Positions 52,018 through 63,334 of a stretch of DNA of 64,000 bases are shown here, piece after piece. The position numbers and the translations under genes are program-made. The stretch is from positions 30,506,001 to 30,570,000 of the forward strand of contig NC_087437.1 in NCBI RefSeq assembly GCF_036321535.1, in the 5' to 3' direction. Position 1 is the first letter of the stretch; every line of letters starts with the position of its first letter. The notes below the pieces were generated by a model, which saw only the letters and a list, made by a program, of their open reading frames with translations, made no database searches and was not told the DNA's origin. This DNA is from Camelus dromedarius. Taxonomy: Eukaryota.

Positions 52018-53294
52018 TGGGCTTCCATCTTTTGCTGGGTCCCTGATACATACCCAACCATCATCTCTGGACCTCAGTCTCCTCCTCTGTAAAATGGAGT
52101 TAACATTGCTAATCTCTGCCTTCTTCACAGTATTAGGAGGAAGAAATAAGTGCTTTGGAAACAAAAGTCCTGAAGCAACAAAGTTATTACTTCGGGTGTC
52201 ACGGCTGCCCCTCCATCACGTTCCTCCATTATCTCCATTTCTCTTCTCATTTTCGCATCTCTTGGCCTTAGTTCAATTTTAGTGTGTAAAATGTGGGAAA
52301 CTGTGTAAATGTCTGTCAGTTTACATTGCTAGAAATAGAGACAAGCAGTGTTTTTCTCCACTGCAGTGCCTTTTGACTCCTCTGCATCCTCCTTATCTCT
52401 CCAGCCCTCCTCCCCCCTCCACTTTGATTTTTCTTCACAAATTACACCTTTTGTATTGTGAGCTTCTCTCTCTCTTTCTCCCTCCTTCTTTTCCTCATTC
52501 TTGATGTTTTCTATTCTCTGATGCTAGATTCAAGGATTTTTACAATTATAAAATCCTGCAAGTTTTCCCTATTTGAGGACCAATGTTGGGCTAGTTTTTA
52601 AAAGAAGTACAGTTTCATTACTTCCAAGGACAAAAGATAACACGGGTTGAAAAGGGAACAAGAAAGCCTTGCACTTGAACAGATCAGAGTTGTAATTAGC
52701 CTATTCATTGTTTCAAGGCAAATTCCAGCTCACAAACAGACAAACATTTCCCTTGTTTGTGCTTTTAATTCTGTTAGCAAATCTTACTCTCTGAGATGCA
52801 GAAAATCCGATTACAGAGTAATATTCATCATAAAAATTAATCCCAGGGTCTCCCAAAATCACAAATGTTAATCCCTGGGACAGGCCCAGTGCTTTGTCGG
52901 CATGATTACAACAAACTTTCCACATGCAATAACTTTATACAACAGATGCCGTCACAGCAAACGAGCCTGACTTGCTTGCGTGGACCCGGGGTGGTGATTC
53001 CCAGGACAGTGATTTCAAACCTGAGGGTGATTCTACCTTGCTGCCTCTCTCCCTCACCAGCTTGAATTTGAGTCAGTAGATCTGGTGGGAGCGATGTGCG
53101 AGCATCTGTAAGTTCCCAGGTGGTGCTGATGCTGCCGATCCGGGGTCCGCACAAAAGCAGTACTGCTTTGGGTGCCCGAGGGGTTGGGACAGACCTGAGC
53201 CCAGCCCAGCCCACTCTCTGCCTGATGCACACTGCCAAGTTACAAGATTTCCAATGGAGACCAAGCCTCTTGTCCTTAGAAATCAAAAGGTAAC

Positions 53295-53572
53295 CAAGAG
53301 AGGGTGTGGAGAACAGGAAACCCTCCTACTCTGTTGGTGGGAATATTGTTTGGTGCAGCTGTTATGGAAAACAGAGTGGAGATTTCTTTAAAAAACTAAA
53401 AATAGACTTACCCTATGATCCAGCAATCCCACTGCTGGGCATATATCTGGAAGGAACTCTAATTCGAAAAGATACATGCACCCTGATGTTCATAGCAGCA
53501 CTATCTACAATAGCCAAGACATGGAAGCAACCTAAATTTCCATCGACAGATGGCTGGATAAAGAAGTTGTGT
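53295..53572 (+). mobile_element. L1 fragment (ORF2 C-terminus) ending in a (TA)n tract
   Basis: [19 protein letters not shown]...CTLMFIAALSTIAKTWKQPK (ORF 53306). Confidence 0.9.
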
Positions 53573-53623
53573 GTGTATATATATATGTGTATATATATAA
53601 TATATATATACACATATATATAT
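53570..53623. repeat. (TG/TA)n microsatellite
   Basis: Direct read. Confidence 0.9.
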
Positions 53624-55069
53624 GCTTTGTAGGTTGATTATGGAGAAAGTCCAAGGAAGTGGTGAAAAGAGCCTAATTTCTCAAACAGTAAGAATGCAAT
53701 TGCTTCTATGAAGAATTTTATTGAAAATGGTAGGCAAACAGATCCTAGTGGGTCTAATCCAGATTCGTATGGCTTGATTTTTCTGATATTTAATTAACAT
53801 CATCAGGTTGGGATAATTGCTAGTGCAGAAGTGAATTGTCTGTTGACTACTAATGACCGTATTAAATTATTTCTTTCTTGGATTTATGTCAAAAGTTGCT
53901 GATTTGAAGTCGGTTACACTACTAATACTTGAAAGGAAGGCTCCTTGTCAACAAATTAATACATGAAAGAATAGTCTTATGACATCTACAAAAGGTCAGT
54001 ATCAGACAGCAATTTCAAACCCAAAGCACTGATTAGATGTGAAGTAAAATTTTAGTTGATGTGGAGAGCATATGATTAGGAGTGCTGTATCAATAATTGT
54101 ATGTTATCCATGACATCCTATTTCCCTAGACAATGCTGTCAGAAATTGGGACTCTCTTTCATAATATTCTGAAGCTTCTTACAATGTAAACTCTTAGAGC
54201 AATGGTAACAAACATTGGTCGTAATATCTGCTTGTGACTTCCTCCTGTTAGACAGTGGTGAACTCAAGTAGTAAAAATGCCAGAAGTTGGAAGGGTTGAC
54301 GTATTAAATAACATCACTTATAATGGATGTATTGGATAAATATCTCTTGCTGGTCAGCATCTGCCAAGTTCTAGCATAGGGGTTATGTTTGAGTGATAGA
54401 AAACTTGGGAAAATCCTGCAAAGAAAAATGCTCCTGACAGAATAAAGAGGATTTTTCCATGTCAAAGTCATTTTATACAACTGATATGTGACAACCTTGG
54501 AAGATAATATTCCTGCACCATTAGTACATCGTTAATGTATTGGTTAGTAATCCTAGTATTAATAGAGTTGATGTATTGAAACGGAATCATCAAATCAATC
54601 CTGAGATTATTAATAGGTAACAGGATGAATACAAGACTGCAACTAATTTTGAGGAATTTGATTCTCAAAAGGCTGCGTGTCTCAAGTGTTTTGAGTACTT
54701 AAGCTTGTGCATAAGTTGGTTCTTTAATGTTTGGTATGATGGATGGCATACTTCTTGTTTTGAGGCAAATGCTTCTTCAATTATAAATATTATTAATATT
54801 ACTGTTTTTAGTGAAGTAAGTGACTCTGTGAGACAGTGTTTACACTGTGTTAACATGTGGAATCTAAGTGGTCTGAGTGCCGTCATAGATATCAGAAAAC
54901 TAAGGATAGGTTGAGAGGGGGAGTTAACACCTGGAATATCATTGTAAGGTGGGATTTTGGCTCATGTAGGATGGTCTATATTCTGAAAATAATGGAAATT
55001 AGTACACAAACCCACCTGATCCTGCAGGCAGGACAAAGTGGAAATGGGTAAAAACATAATATATATCCT

Positions 55070-55587
55070 TGTGATGGTAAATTTTCTGTCTCAACTTGGC
55101 TAGACAATAGTACCCAGATGTTTGATCAAACACAATGCGGTTTCTGTGAAGGTATTTTTCAGATGAGATTAACATTTAAATCAGCAGACTTTGAAGAAAG
55201 CAGATTACTCTCCATAATGGGGGGTGGGGATGGGGGTGGGGGTTGCTCATCCAGTCAGTTGAAGACCTTAAGAAAAAAGACGGACCTCCTCAAGGAAGAG
55301 CTGACTGCCTTTGGACTCAGGCTGCAGCAACAACTCTTCTCTGGCTCTCCAGACTGTCAGCCTGCAGATTTTGAACTTGTCAGCTTTCACAATGTGTAAG
55401 CCAGTTCCTTAAATCAATCTTTCTGTCCTCTCTCTCCCTCTCCTTATCTATTCATCTATCTATAGACGTAGAATAGATAGATAATCCCCAATCTTTTATA
55501 TATGTATATACATAGATACATATAATATAATATATATATTTATATAATTGTATATTTGTGTATACACACACACACACATATACGATT
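55070..55587 (+). mobile_element. ERVL solo LTR (MLT2B/C-like), 3' tip missing, ending in a (TA/CA)n tract
   Basis: tgtgatggtaaattttctgtctcaacttggctag...gatgagattaacatttaaatcagcagactttga...cctgcagattttgaacttg. Confidence 0.88.
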
Positions 55588-55985
55588 TACATTTATTCAG
55601 GGTTCTCCAGAGAAACAAAACCAATACATTTATATATACATATAAAGAGACTTTAAAGAACTGAATCACCTGTTTGTGGGCACTGGCAAATCTGAAATGT
55701 GTAGGGCAGGCCAACCAGCTAGAAACTCAGGCAGGAGTTAATGCTATAATCTTGAGGAAAAATTTATTCTTCGACAGTAAATTTCAGTTTTTGCTCTTAC
55801 AGCCTTCCAATTGATCAGATGAGGCCCACCCACATTGTCCAGAGTAATCTCCATTCCTTTAAGTCAACTGATCGTAGATGTTAACCACATCTACAAAGCA
55901 CCTTCATAGCAACACCCAGATTAGTGTTTGATTAGATAACTGGTACTACAGCTTATCCAAGTTGACACAAAGACTAACCACGGCA
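55588..55985 (-). mobile_element. ERVL solo LTR (MLT2-like), inverted relative to the first
   Basis: 'tcagggttctccagagaaacaaaaccaata' (reverse 3' end)...'gatgaggcccacccacatt'...'caagttgacacaaagactaaccacggca' (reverse 5' end). Confidence 0.88.
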
Positions 55986-56790
55986 CCCACCTGAATAAGA
56001 AAATAAAGCCTCAAACTTATAGTATGTCTGGCCATCATTTAATATTTCTTCTATGTAAAGTAGCTAGTCAACTGAAGAATTTTACCCTTGTTGGGCTAAG
56101 CAAAAATTGTTGTAGCAGATGTGAAATATGCCTTGTGTCTAGGACAGGACTATTTCTTTGATAAATATATGATATACTCACAATATAGCCTAAAAATCCA
56201 ATTGATTGTATTACTCATATTATTCCTTCATAACCAAAGGATTCATTTGGCTTCCCGCATAATAATAAGGGAGATCACTCTGAATCCAAGTAAAATTAGA
56301 AAAAATCCTTCAGGAAGTTCAAAGAATCATAATAAATACTGATATGAAGCTGGGTCTTCACATCCCACTGGATTAAATAAGGCCTGTTAACACTATCTTA
56401 GTTATGGCTTCAAGTGCTGGAAGCAATGATAATAATACAACTGCAACAATTAATACGTATGGAAGAGAAAGCTGTTTGGGGTACACCAGGCATTTCATGC
56501 TAATAATTGTAGTAATGAAATTAATGGCATCTAAAATGATAGGTGTCTGCTGAATGAAGAGAGAGAACAGTTAAATGAATGAGGTGCCTACAATATGTTA
56601 GGTTGCCAGCTAATGGGGGTACTGTCCTCATCGTGTTCTAGTTCTTCAGACCCATTAAGGAGAACATCAAAGGATGCAGGCTTACTCCAGGAGCTGAAAA
56701 GGCATAAGGGTTTCCTGCAGTTCTGTAGGTATCTCAACGGACAACCTTGAGGAATTTATGTAGAATCATTCCAGTCCAAAAAACCTGCCC

Positions 56791-56949
56791 ATCACAGGGA
56801 ACTATATTCAATATCTTGTAGTAACTAATGGTTAAAAAGAATATGAACATGAATATAAGTATGTTCCTCTATGACTGAGTATTGTGCTGTACACCAGAAG
56901 TTGACACAACATTGTGTACTGACTATACTTAAATAAAAGTATATTTTTA
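56791..56949 (+). mobile_element. 5'-truncated L1 3' end
   Basis: 'acagggaactatattcaatatcttgtag...gtacaccagaagttgacacaacattg'; TSD aaaaaacctgccc (56778-56790) / aaaaaatttgccc (56950-56962). Confidence 0.85.
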
Positions 56950-57576
56950 AAAAAATTTGCCCAGGATGCTCTATTTCAAGCCAGAGTTCCCTTGGCCTTC
57001 TGTGAGTGCGGGCTCCGCATCCCAGGCACACCTGCCTCTGGGAATCAGAGTGAGGCCACGGCTCACTGAATGGACAGATCTGTGCTTCCAACCCTACCCA
57101 CTCTTCTCACCCCAGATCTGATCCTGTCACTTCCCTCAGGGGCCATTGAGAATTGAGGAGTTTTTCAAGCTGATTCCACTCTTTCTGATACATGCCCTGC
57201 AGGAGATTTAAAACATTTGAATCTTTCCTTACCTCTCACCTTGAGAATGATTGCTAGGTTCAACTCTACTGACAGAGCAAGGTATCTTTAGGGGTCTTGG
57301 GGAAGATTAAAGATTTGGAACCCAAGATTATAGTCGGGGACCCTTCGTATATTAGCTGGTATATTAGCCAGATAGACAAGGCTCTTTGTGAGCCTCATCT
57401 AACATCATCTCTCCTCACCATCCTCCACTCCCATCCCCACCTACTACGTCTCCAACAATTACATCATGCCTAGTCACCCTTAACTTTTCCCTTAACATTG
57501 TGGATAGTCCTTACTGATTCTTCAAGACCCAGTGAAATCTATGAAGTCTTTCCTGACCCCTGTCCTGGGCAGAATT

Positions 57577-58723
57577 TTTTTTTAATTGAACTATATTCAG
57601 TTTACAATGTTGTATCAATTTCTAGTATATAGTATAACATTTCAGTCATATATATATACATACATAAATTCCTTACCATATTCTTTTTCATTATTGGTTA
57701 CTACAAGATTTTCAATATAGTTTCCTGTGCTATACAATAGAAACTTATTGTTTTATGTATTTTATATCTAGTTAGTATCTGCAAATCTCAAACTCCCAAT
57801 TTATCCTTTCCCACACTGTTTACCCCCTACTAACCATAAGTTTGCTTTCTATGTCTGAGTTTGTTTCTACTTTGTAAATAAGTTCATTTATCTTCTTTTT
57901 AGATTCCACATATAAGTGATATTGTATGGTATTTTTCTTCCTCTGTCTGACTTTCTTCACTTAGAATGACAATCTCCAGGTCCACCCACGTTGCTGCAAA
58001 TGGCATTATTTTATTCTTTTTTATGGCTGAGTAATATTCTGTATATATACACACAACTTCTTTATCCAACCATCCATTGACGGACATTTAGGTTGTTTCC
58101 ATATCTTGGCTATTGTAAATAGTGCTGCTATGAATATTAGGCTGCATATATCTTCTCAAATTAGAGTTTCATCTGAATATATGCCCAGAAGTGGGATTGC
58201 TGCATCATACGGTAAGTCTTTAGTTTTTTGAGGACTCTCCATACTGTTTTCCATAATGGCTGCACTAAACTATATTCCCACCAACAGTGTAGGAGAGTTC
58301 CCTTTTCTTCACACCCTCTCCAGCATTTACCGTTTGTGGATTTTTGAGTGATGGCCATTCTGACTGGTGTGAGGTGATACCTAATTGTAGTTTTGATTTG
58401 CATTTCCCTGATAATTAGCGATATTGAGCATTTTTTTATGTGCCTATTGGCCATTTGTGTGTCTTCACTAGAGAAATTCTTGTTTAGGTCTTCTGCCCAT
58501 TTTTGGATTGACTTGTTCATTTCTTTGTTATTAAGTTGTGTGAGCTGTTTGTATATTCTGGAAATTAAGCCCTTGTCAGTTGCCTCATTTGCAAATGTTT
58601 TCTCACATTCTGTAGGTTGTCTTTTTGTTTTGTTTATAGTTTCCTTTGCTGTGCAAAAGTTTATAAGTTTAGTTAGGTTCCATTTGTTTATTTTGCTTTT
58701 ATTTCTATTGCCTCGGTAGACTG
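57577..58723 (-). mobile_element. 5'-truncated L1 (ORF2 C-terminal third plus 3'UTR), inserted in L2-like sequence
   Basis: 194-aa minus [25 protein letters not shown]...[21 protein letters not shown]-tail; degenerate TSD tgtcctgggcagaatt/tgccttggacagaatt. Confidence 0.92.
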
Positions 58724-59304
58724 TGCCTTGGACAGAATTAACCACTTCCTTGCCATTGCTTCTACAGCATCACTCCCTTGTACTGGCAGGTTTTTTTTTT
58801 CATGTCTGTCCCCCTACCTGGGAAGCTTTCTAATGGCAGAACCCATATCCCATCCTATTTCTATCTTCCAAAGTTTTGCTGTCCTAACACATGGTCTGGC
58901 CCAGAGCAGGTACTCAATATTTGTTGAAAAAATAATGAAAGGCAGCAGATTATAATCCTCAACTGCATGTGTGGTGTTTGTCAGAGGGACCAACTCTCTT
59001 TCCTCTTGCCCCTCCACTCCACCATGCATCACTGGGGACACCTACAGCAGAGCAGACAGGGACAAAGATACAAGTCTTTTTCATTGGAAACCTCTCCAGA
59101 CCTCAGATAGCTCCCTCGCTGGATGATTTCCAGATCTCCCCCTGGGGTCTATCTTTGTCTCTTGAGGCAGGACCAAGATGCACTGCACTCTGTCTAGATT
59201 TCCTTCCCCATAGGTGGCCTCCTACAACCTATACTTTGTAGTTATACCCCTTTCTGGTCCAGTCTGCAAGCAAACTACTATGGTACCTGGCAATAAACCT
59301 GGTC

Positions 59305-59344
59305 TTCATAGCATCCTTTTTTTTTTTTTTTTCATAGCATCCTT
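59305..59344 (-). mobile_element. Solo poly(A) insertion with 14-bp TSD
   Basis: ttcatagcatcctt + T12 + ttcatagcatcctt. Confidence 0.75.
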
Positions 59345-59469
59345 AATAACGATGAGAAGTTACTCTATTAACTAAGTCCTTCTGCAGGCTGGCAGGCACC
59401 CAGCCTTCCAAAGAAGCAATTTTCTCCTTGCTAGTGGCCTTCTGTAACATTGTGAGGTTGTCTGTACTT

Positions 59470-59670
59470 TTCAAACAATTTCACATGTAAAATTTTCATC
59501 TGACCATCACCATAGCTCCCTGTGATAAACAAACAGAGTAAATTCAGTACTCCCATTTTGCAGACACAAAAGAGACTCCAAGAGTTCTCAGCCACTAGGT
59601 GAGGACTCTAACCAACTGGACCTCAGAGCTTAAGACACTTAGTGTCCTGCTCTGTGCGCTATACCACACT
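59470..59670 (-). mobile_element. MIR SINE
   Basis: 'tttcatctgaccatcacc...ctcccattttgcagacacaaaagagactc'. Confidence 0.55.
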
Positions 59671-61104
59671 GTGTCCATGCCGAGCTCGCCCCACAGTCCT
59701 TTCATTCAGTACAAGCTAACTCTGCTAGCCATTTCATGGACTAGTTCAAGGAATGTCCAGCACAGGAAGCAACAGTAGCAGCAGAGTTGGTGAGCAAAAC
59801 TAGAAACACTAGTTAACAAAAGTAATCTCAACTACAAGTCCATTATTAGGTACTGCTGCAATTGGAACTGGGATGTGAGCGTACTGAAAATATTTTAAAT
59901 TCTTTGATTAAAAATTCTTTTCACTTACCTAATGTCTATCAAGTGGCACATAGTGCCTTTCAAGAGATGGGGCAACACTGTATATCCCAGCTGCCGACAG
60001 GGGAGATTTCAAGACTACAGCTTACCTTGGTGTGAACCCACCAGCTCCTTCCCCAGAAACTTCTATTCTGAGATGTTAGAAGGTGCTGAATAGAAGAAAG
60101 GGTGATTTTTTTTATCCAGAAATCTCTCTCTCTCTCTCTGCCCCCCTCTCTCTTTCTTTCCATGCCCATTTCAATTTTAGTTCTTAGATAAAAGCATCTC
60201 ATCCCACTTAAAATAAAACCAAAGGACAATTCATTCAAAGAATACTAATAATGACAGACACTGTCAGATTAAAATTAAATATTCTAATGATTTTTCCTTG
60301 CTTTTGGCAAGAATTCATCTTTAAAGAAGAAAATTAAGAATGTGCTGTGTAAAGTTGAAGTGATTCATCTTATTCCTCCAAGTTGAGATGACCTACACCA
60401 TTTCATCATTTCAGGCCAGCAGTCATATGAGGTTTCAAAATGAAATGTGATTGCTCAAAGGTAAAAATCAAGCATACCACAGTGAAAAGTCATAATATTC
60501 AAACTTGTCATTCATCTAGTTTGCATTTTGCCATCCTCCCCACTTACAACCTTTTCCAGCTTGTCAGAATAAGACTTTTTAAAAATAAAACCAAATGTCT
60601 AGCTGTAGAACTGGCTACCTCAGTTTCACTATATATGGAAGAAGGCCAGTGGGGAAAATCTCAAATATTTTATTTGATCTCCCTAACATCTCAGGACCTT
60701 GACTCTGTTCCTTAGGAATGGTCAGAGCCTAAATCTCATTTTCTTAATGATTATAACCCCAAAATTGGGAAGAAGAATGTTAAATTTGCCTACTCGAAGT
60801 GGCATGGATTTCCCAACATAGTCTCTCTAATTTATTGGGTTTTCCAACTTTCTTGCACTGACAATATAGAACTTTACCAATACTTCTTTTGTTCCTGGAG
60901 ATTTAGTTTAGATGTAGCTCTAAGCTTCTCTCCTCTGAGATGGATATTTCTCCTTTTTGCTACCATGGAAAGCTATGCAAAGTGGTTAGAGTATTTGAAG
61001 GTCAAGTTTTGAACTCTGGCTTTTCCATTTTTACTTTATAACTTTGAGAAAAAAGAAAAAGAAGATAAACTCTTTCAGTCTGTGAGTTTTCTTATTTATA
61101 AAAA

Positions 61105-62690
61105 CCAAATGAACAAAATTAAAGCAAACACAAACAAATGGAATGGCATCCCATATTCACAGTTTGGAAGAATTAATATTGTTAAAATGTCAGTACTATC
61201 CAAGGTGACCTACAGATTCAATACAATTCTTATAAAAATCCCAAAGACGTTTTTATAGAGATAGAAAAAAAAAATTCTAAAACTCAAATGTAACCATAAA
61301 AGACCTCAAACAGCGAAAGCAATCTTGAGGAAAAAAAAATCTGGAGACATCATCCTTCCTGATTTCAAAATATGTTACAGTAATCAAAACAGCACAAAAA
61401 CACTGGCACAAAACAGACATATAGACCAATGGAACAGAACAGAGAGCCCAGGAAGAAATCAATGCATATATGGTCAACTGATCTTTGACAAGGGTGACAT
61501 GAATACACAATGGGGGGAAGGACAGACTCTTCATAAGTGGTTTTGGGAAAACTGAACATCCACATCTAAAAGATCAGATTTGAACCCTTATCTTATACCA
61601 TGCATAAAAATTAGCTCAAAATGGATTAAAGATTTAAACATAAGATCTGAGACTCTTAAACTCCTAGAAGAAAACAAAGGGAAAATTCTTGACATTGGTC
61701 TCAGCAATGATTTCTCGGATATGACACAAAAGTACAGCCATCATAAGTAAAAATAGATAAGTGGAACTATATTAAACAAAAATCTTCTGCACAGCAAAGG
61801 AAACCATCAACAAAATGAAAAGGCAACTTAAAGAATTGGAGAAAATATGTGCAAACCTTACATGTGATAATGGGTTGATTCCCAAAATACGTTAAGAAAC
61901 TCTGACAACTAAATAGCAAAAAAAATAAATAAAAATAAAAATAAAAAAAATAATGAGCAAAGGACTTGAATAGACATTTCTTCAAAAAAGATATTCAAAT
62001 GGCCAACAGATCTATGAAAAGGCACTCAACATTACTAATAATCAGGGAAATGCAAATCAAAACCAGGAGATATCACCTCACACCTATTAGGATGGCTATT
62101 AAAAACAAAAATGAAAACAAAAGATAAGTGTTGGTGAAGGTGTGGAAAAAGGAGACTCTGGCACACGACTGGTGTGAATGTAACTTGGTATAGGCACTAT
62201 AGACAAAAGTATTGAGGTTCCTCAAAAAATTAAATATAGAACTAGCATATGACTGGGAAATCCCATTTCTGAATATATATCTAGAAGAATTGAAACCAAA
62301 ATCTTGAGGAGATATCTGCATTCCCCATGTTCACTGCAGCATTATTCACAACAGCCAAGATACAGAAACAAACCAAATGTTCATTGACTGATAAATTGAT
62401 AAAGAAAATATGGTATACACATAAAGAGGAATAGCATTCAGCCTTTAAAAGAAGGAAATCTGTTGTGCAACACAGTGCCTACAGTTAACAACACGCATTA
62501 TGTACCTAAAAAATTTAAGAAGGTGAATCTCATGTTACATGAAACTCTTGGAAGTGATGATATGCTTATTATCTTGGCTGTAACCATGAGTGCATACATT
62601 TGTCCAAATTCACCGAATTGTATGCAGGCTTTTTTTGTTTGTTTGTTCTGTAGAGCAGTTATACCTCAATAAAGCTGGGGAGAAAAAAAG
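61105..62690 (+). mobile_element. Older L1 (ORF2 3' half plus partly deleted 3'UTR)
   Basis: 'ggaagaattaatattgttaaaatgtc', ILPDFKICY, RHIDQWNRTESP, 'cagggaaatgcaaatcaaaacc', ends 'atacctcaataaagctgg'. Confidence 0.9.
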
Positions 62691-63109
62691 ACAATGCCTT
62701 GATTTGATAAATGTCCAAATATTGTCAGTTATTAACATAGTTATTATTCTAATACTTATGGTAATATGTTATAATTTATGTTTTTATCTGTGTCCCCTAC
62801 TAGCCAAGTTCTTCTTAGGGATAGGAAATATGATGTTTAGGTCTATATAATTATGCTTATAAAAATATAATACTTTTGTCTAGCAAAGTATCTGGCACAG
62901 AATGGGCCTTCAAAATATAGAAGAATGAATGACTAAAAAAATCAGGTTTGGTAATGTATCTGTGATAGGGCTCTGCATTCTATTAATCTAATTAGGTCAA
63001 AACATAAATCTTTAAGACAGCCCAAAAGTTCTGAGAAATCCAAGGCACTCAGAGGTCCAAGCAATGTGCTTGTACCAACTGTCTGATCCCTCATATCTTG
63101 GACACAATT

Positions 63110-63325
63110 ATAGTGACATGATTAAAAATATGGACTCTGAGGTCAAGGATTGAAAACTAGATCTGTAGCTTAATTGCTGTTTGACTTTAAACTCCATAAG
63201 TCACAGTTTTTCTCATACATAAAATGGTAATAATTTTAGTTATGCTTCACTGATTTGTTACAGGAATTAAGAAAAATAATTTACAAACCATGCTTAGCAT
63301 AACTCTTGGCATATAGAAAGTGTTC
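63110..63325 (+). mobile_element. MIR SINE
   Basis: 'gattaaaaatatggactctgaggtc...tttctcatacataaaatggtaataat...gcttagcataactcttggcatatagaaagtgttcaa'. Confidence 0.65.
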
Positions 63326-63334
63326 AATTTCCTG

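Larger units (their letters stand above)
53624..56600 (+). other. Candidate endogenous viral element: decayed picorna-like (Picornavirales) polyprotein fragment with an SF3 2C-type RNA helicase, split by MLT2 LTRs
   Basis: Walker A G-Q-S-G-N-G-[t]-K (55031-55052); TEEFY..QKIVVAD (56071-56120); NP..I....P-RIHLAS..NNKG (56195-56272); RIIINTD (56323-56343); strong T-ending codon bias on the + strand; right boundary approximate. Confidence 0.7.

Noticed and set aside
54660..54990. Papillomavirus E6-like reading of CLKC...VWYDG...VRQCLHC...WSECRH
   Set aside because: Spacing does not fit CxxC-x29-CxxC and the second cysteine pairs are missing; likely chance.
53624..56600. Numt, piggyBac, parvovirus, foamy env or bornavirus G/L/M origin
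   Set aside because: None of the diagnostic motifs I can recall were found in the frames I translated; the SF3 helicase motif series fits far better.
53295..56962. One L1 'sandwiching' the virus-like insert (collinear L1 pieces on both sides)
   Set aside because: The right-hand L1 tip has its own TSD (aaaaaacctgccc/aaaaaatttgccc), so it is an independent insertion.
58161..58745. 194-aa ORF as a functional gene
   Set aside because: Fragment of L1 ORF2 in a 5'-truncated copy.
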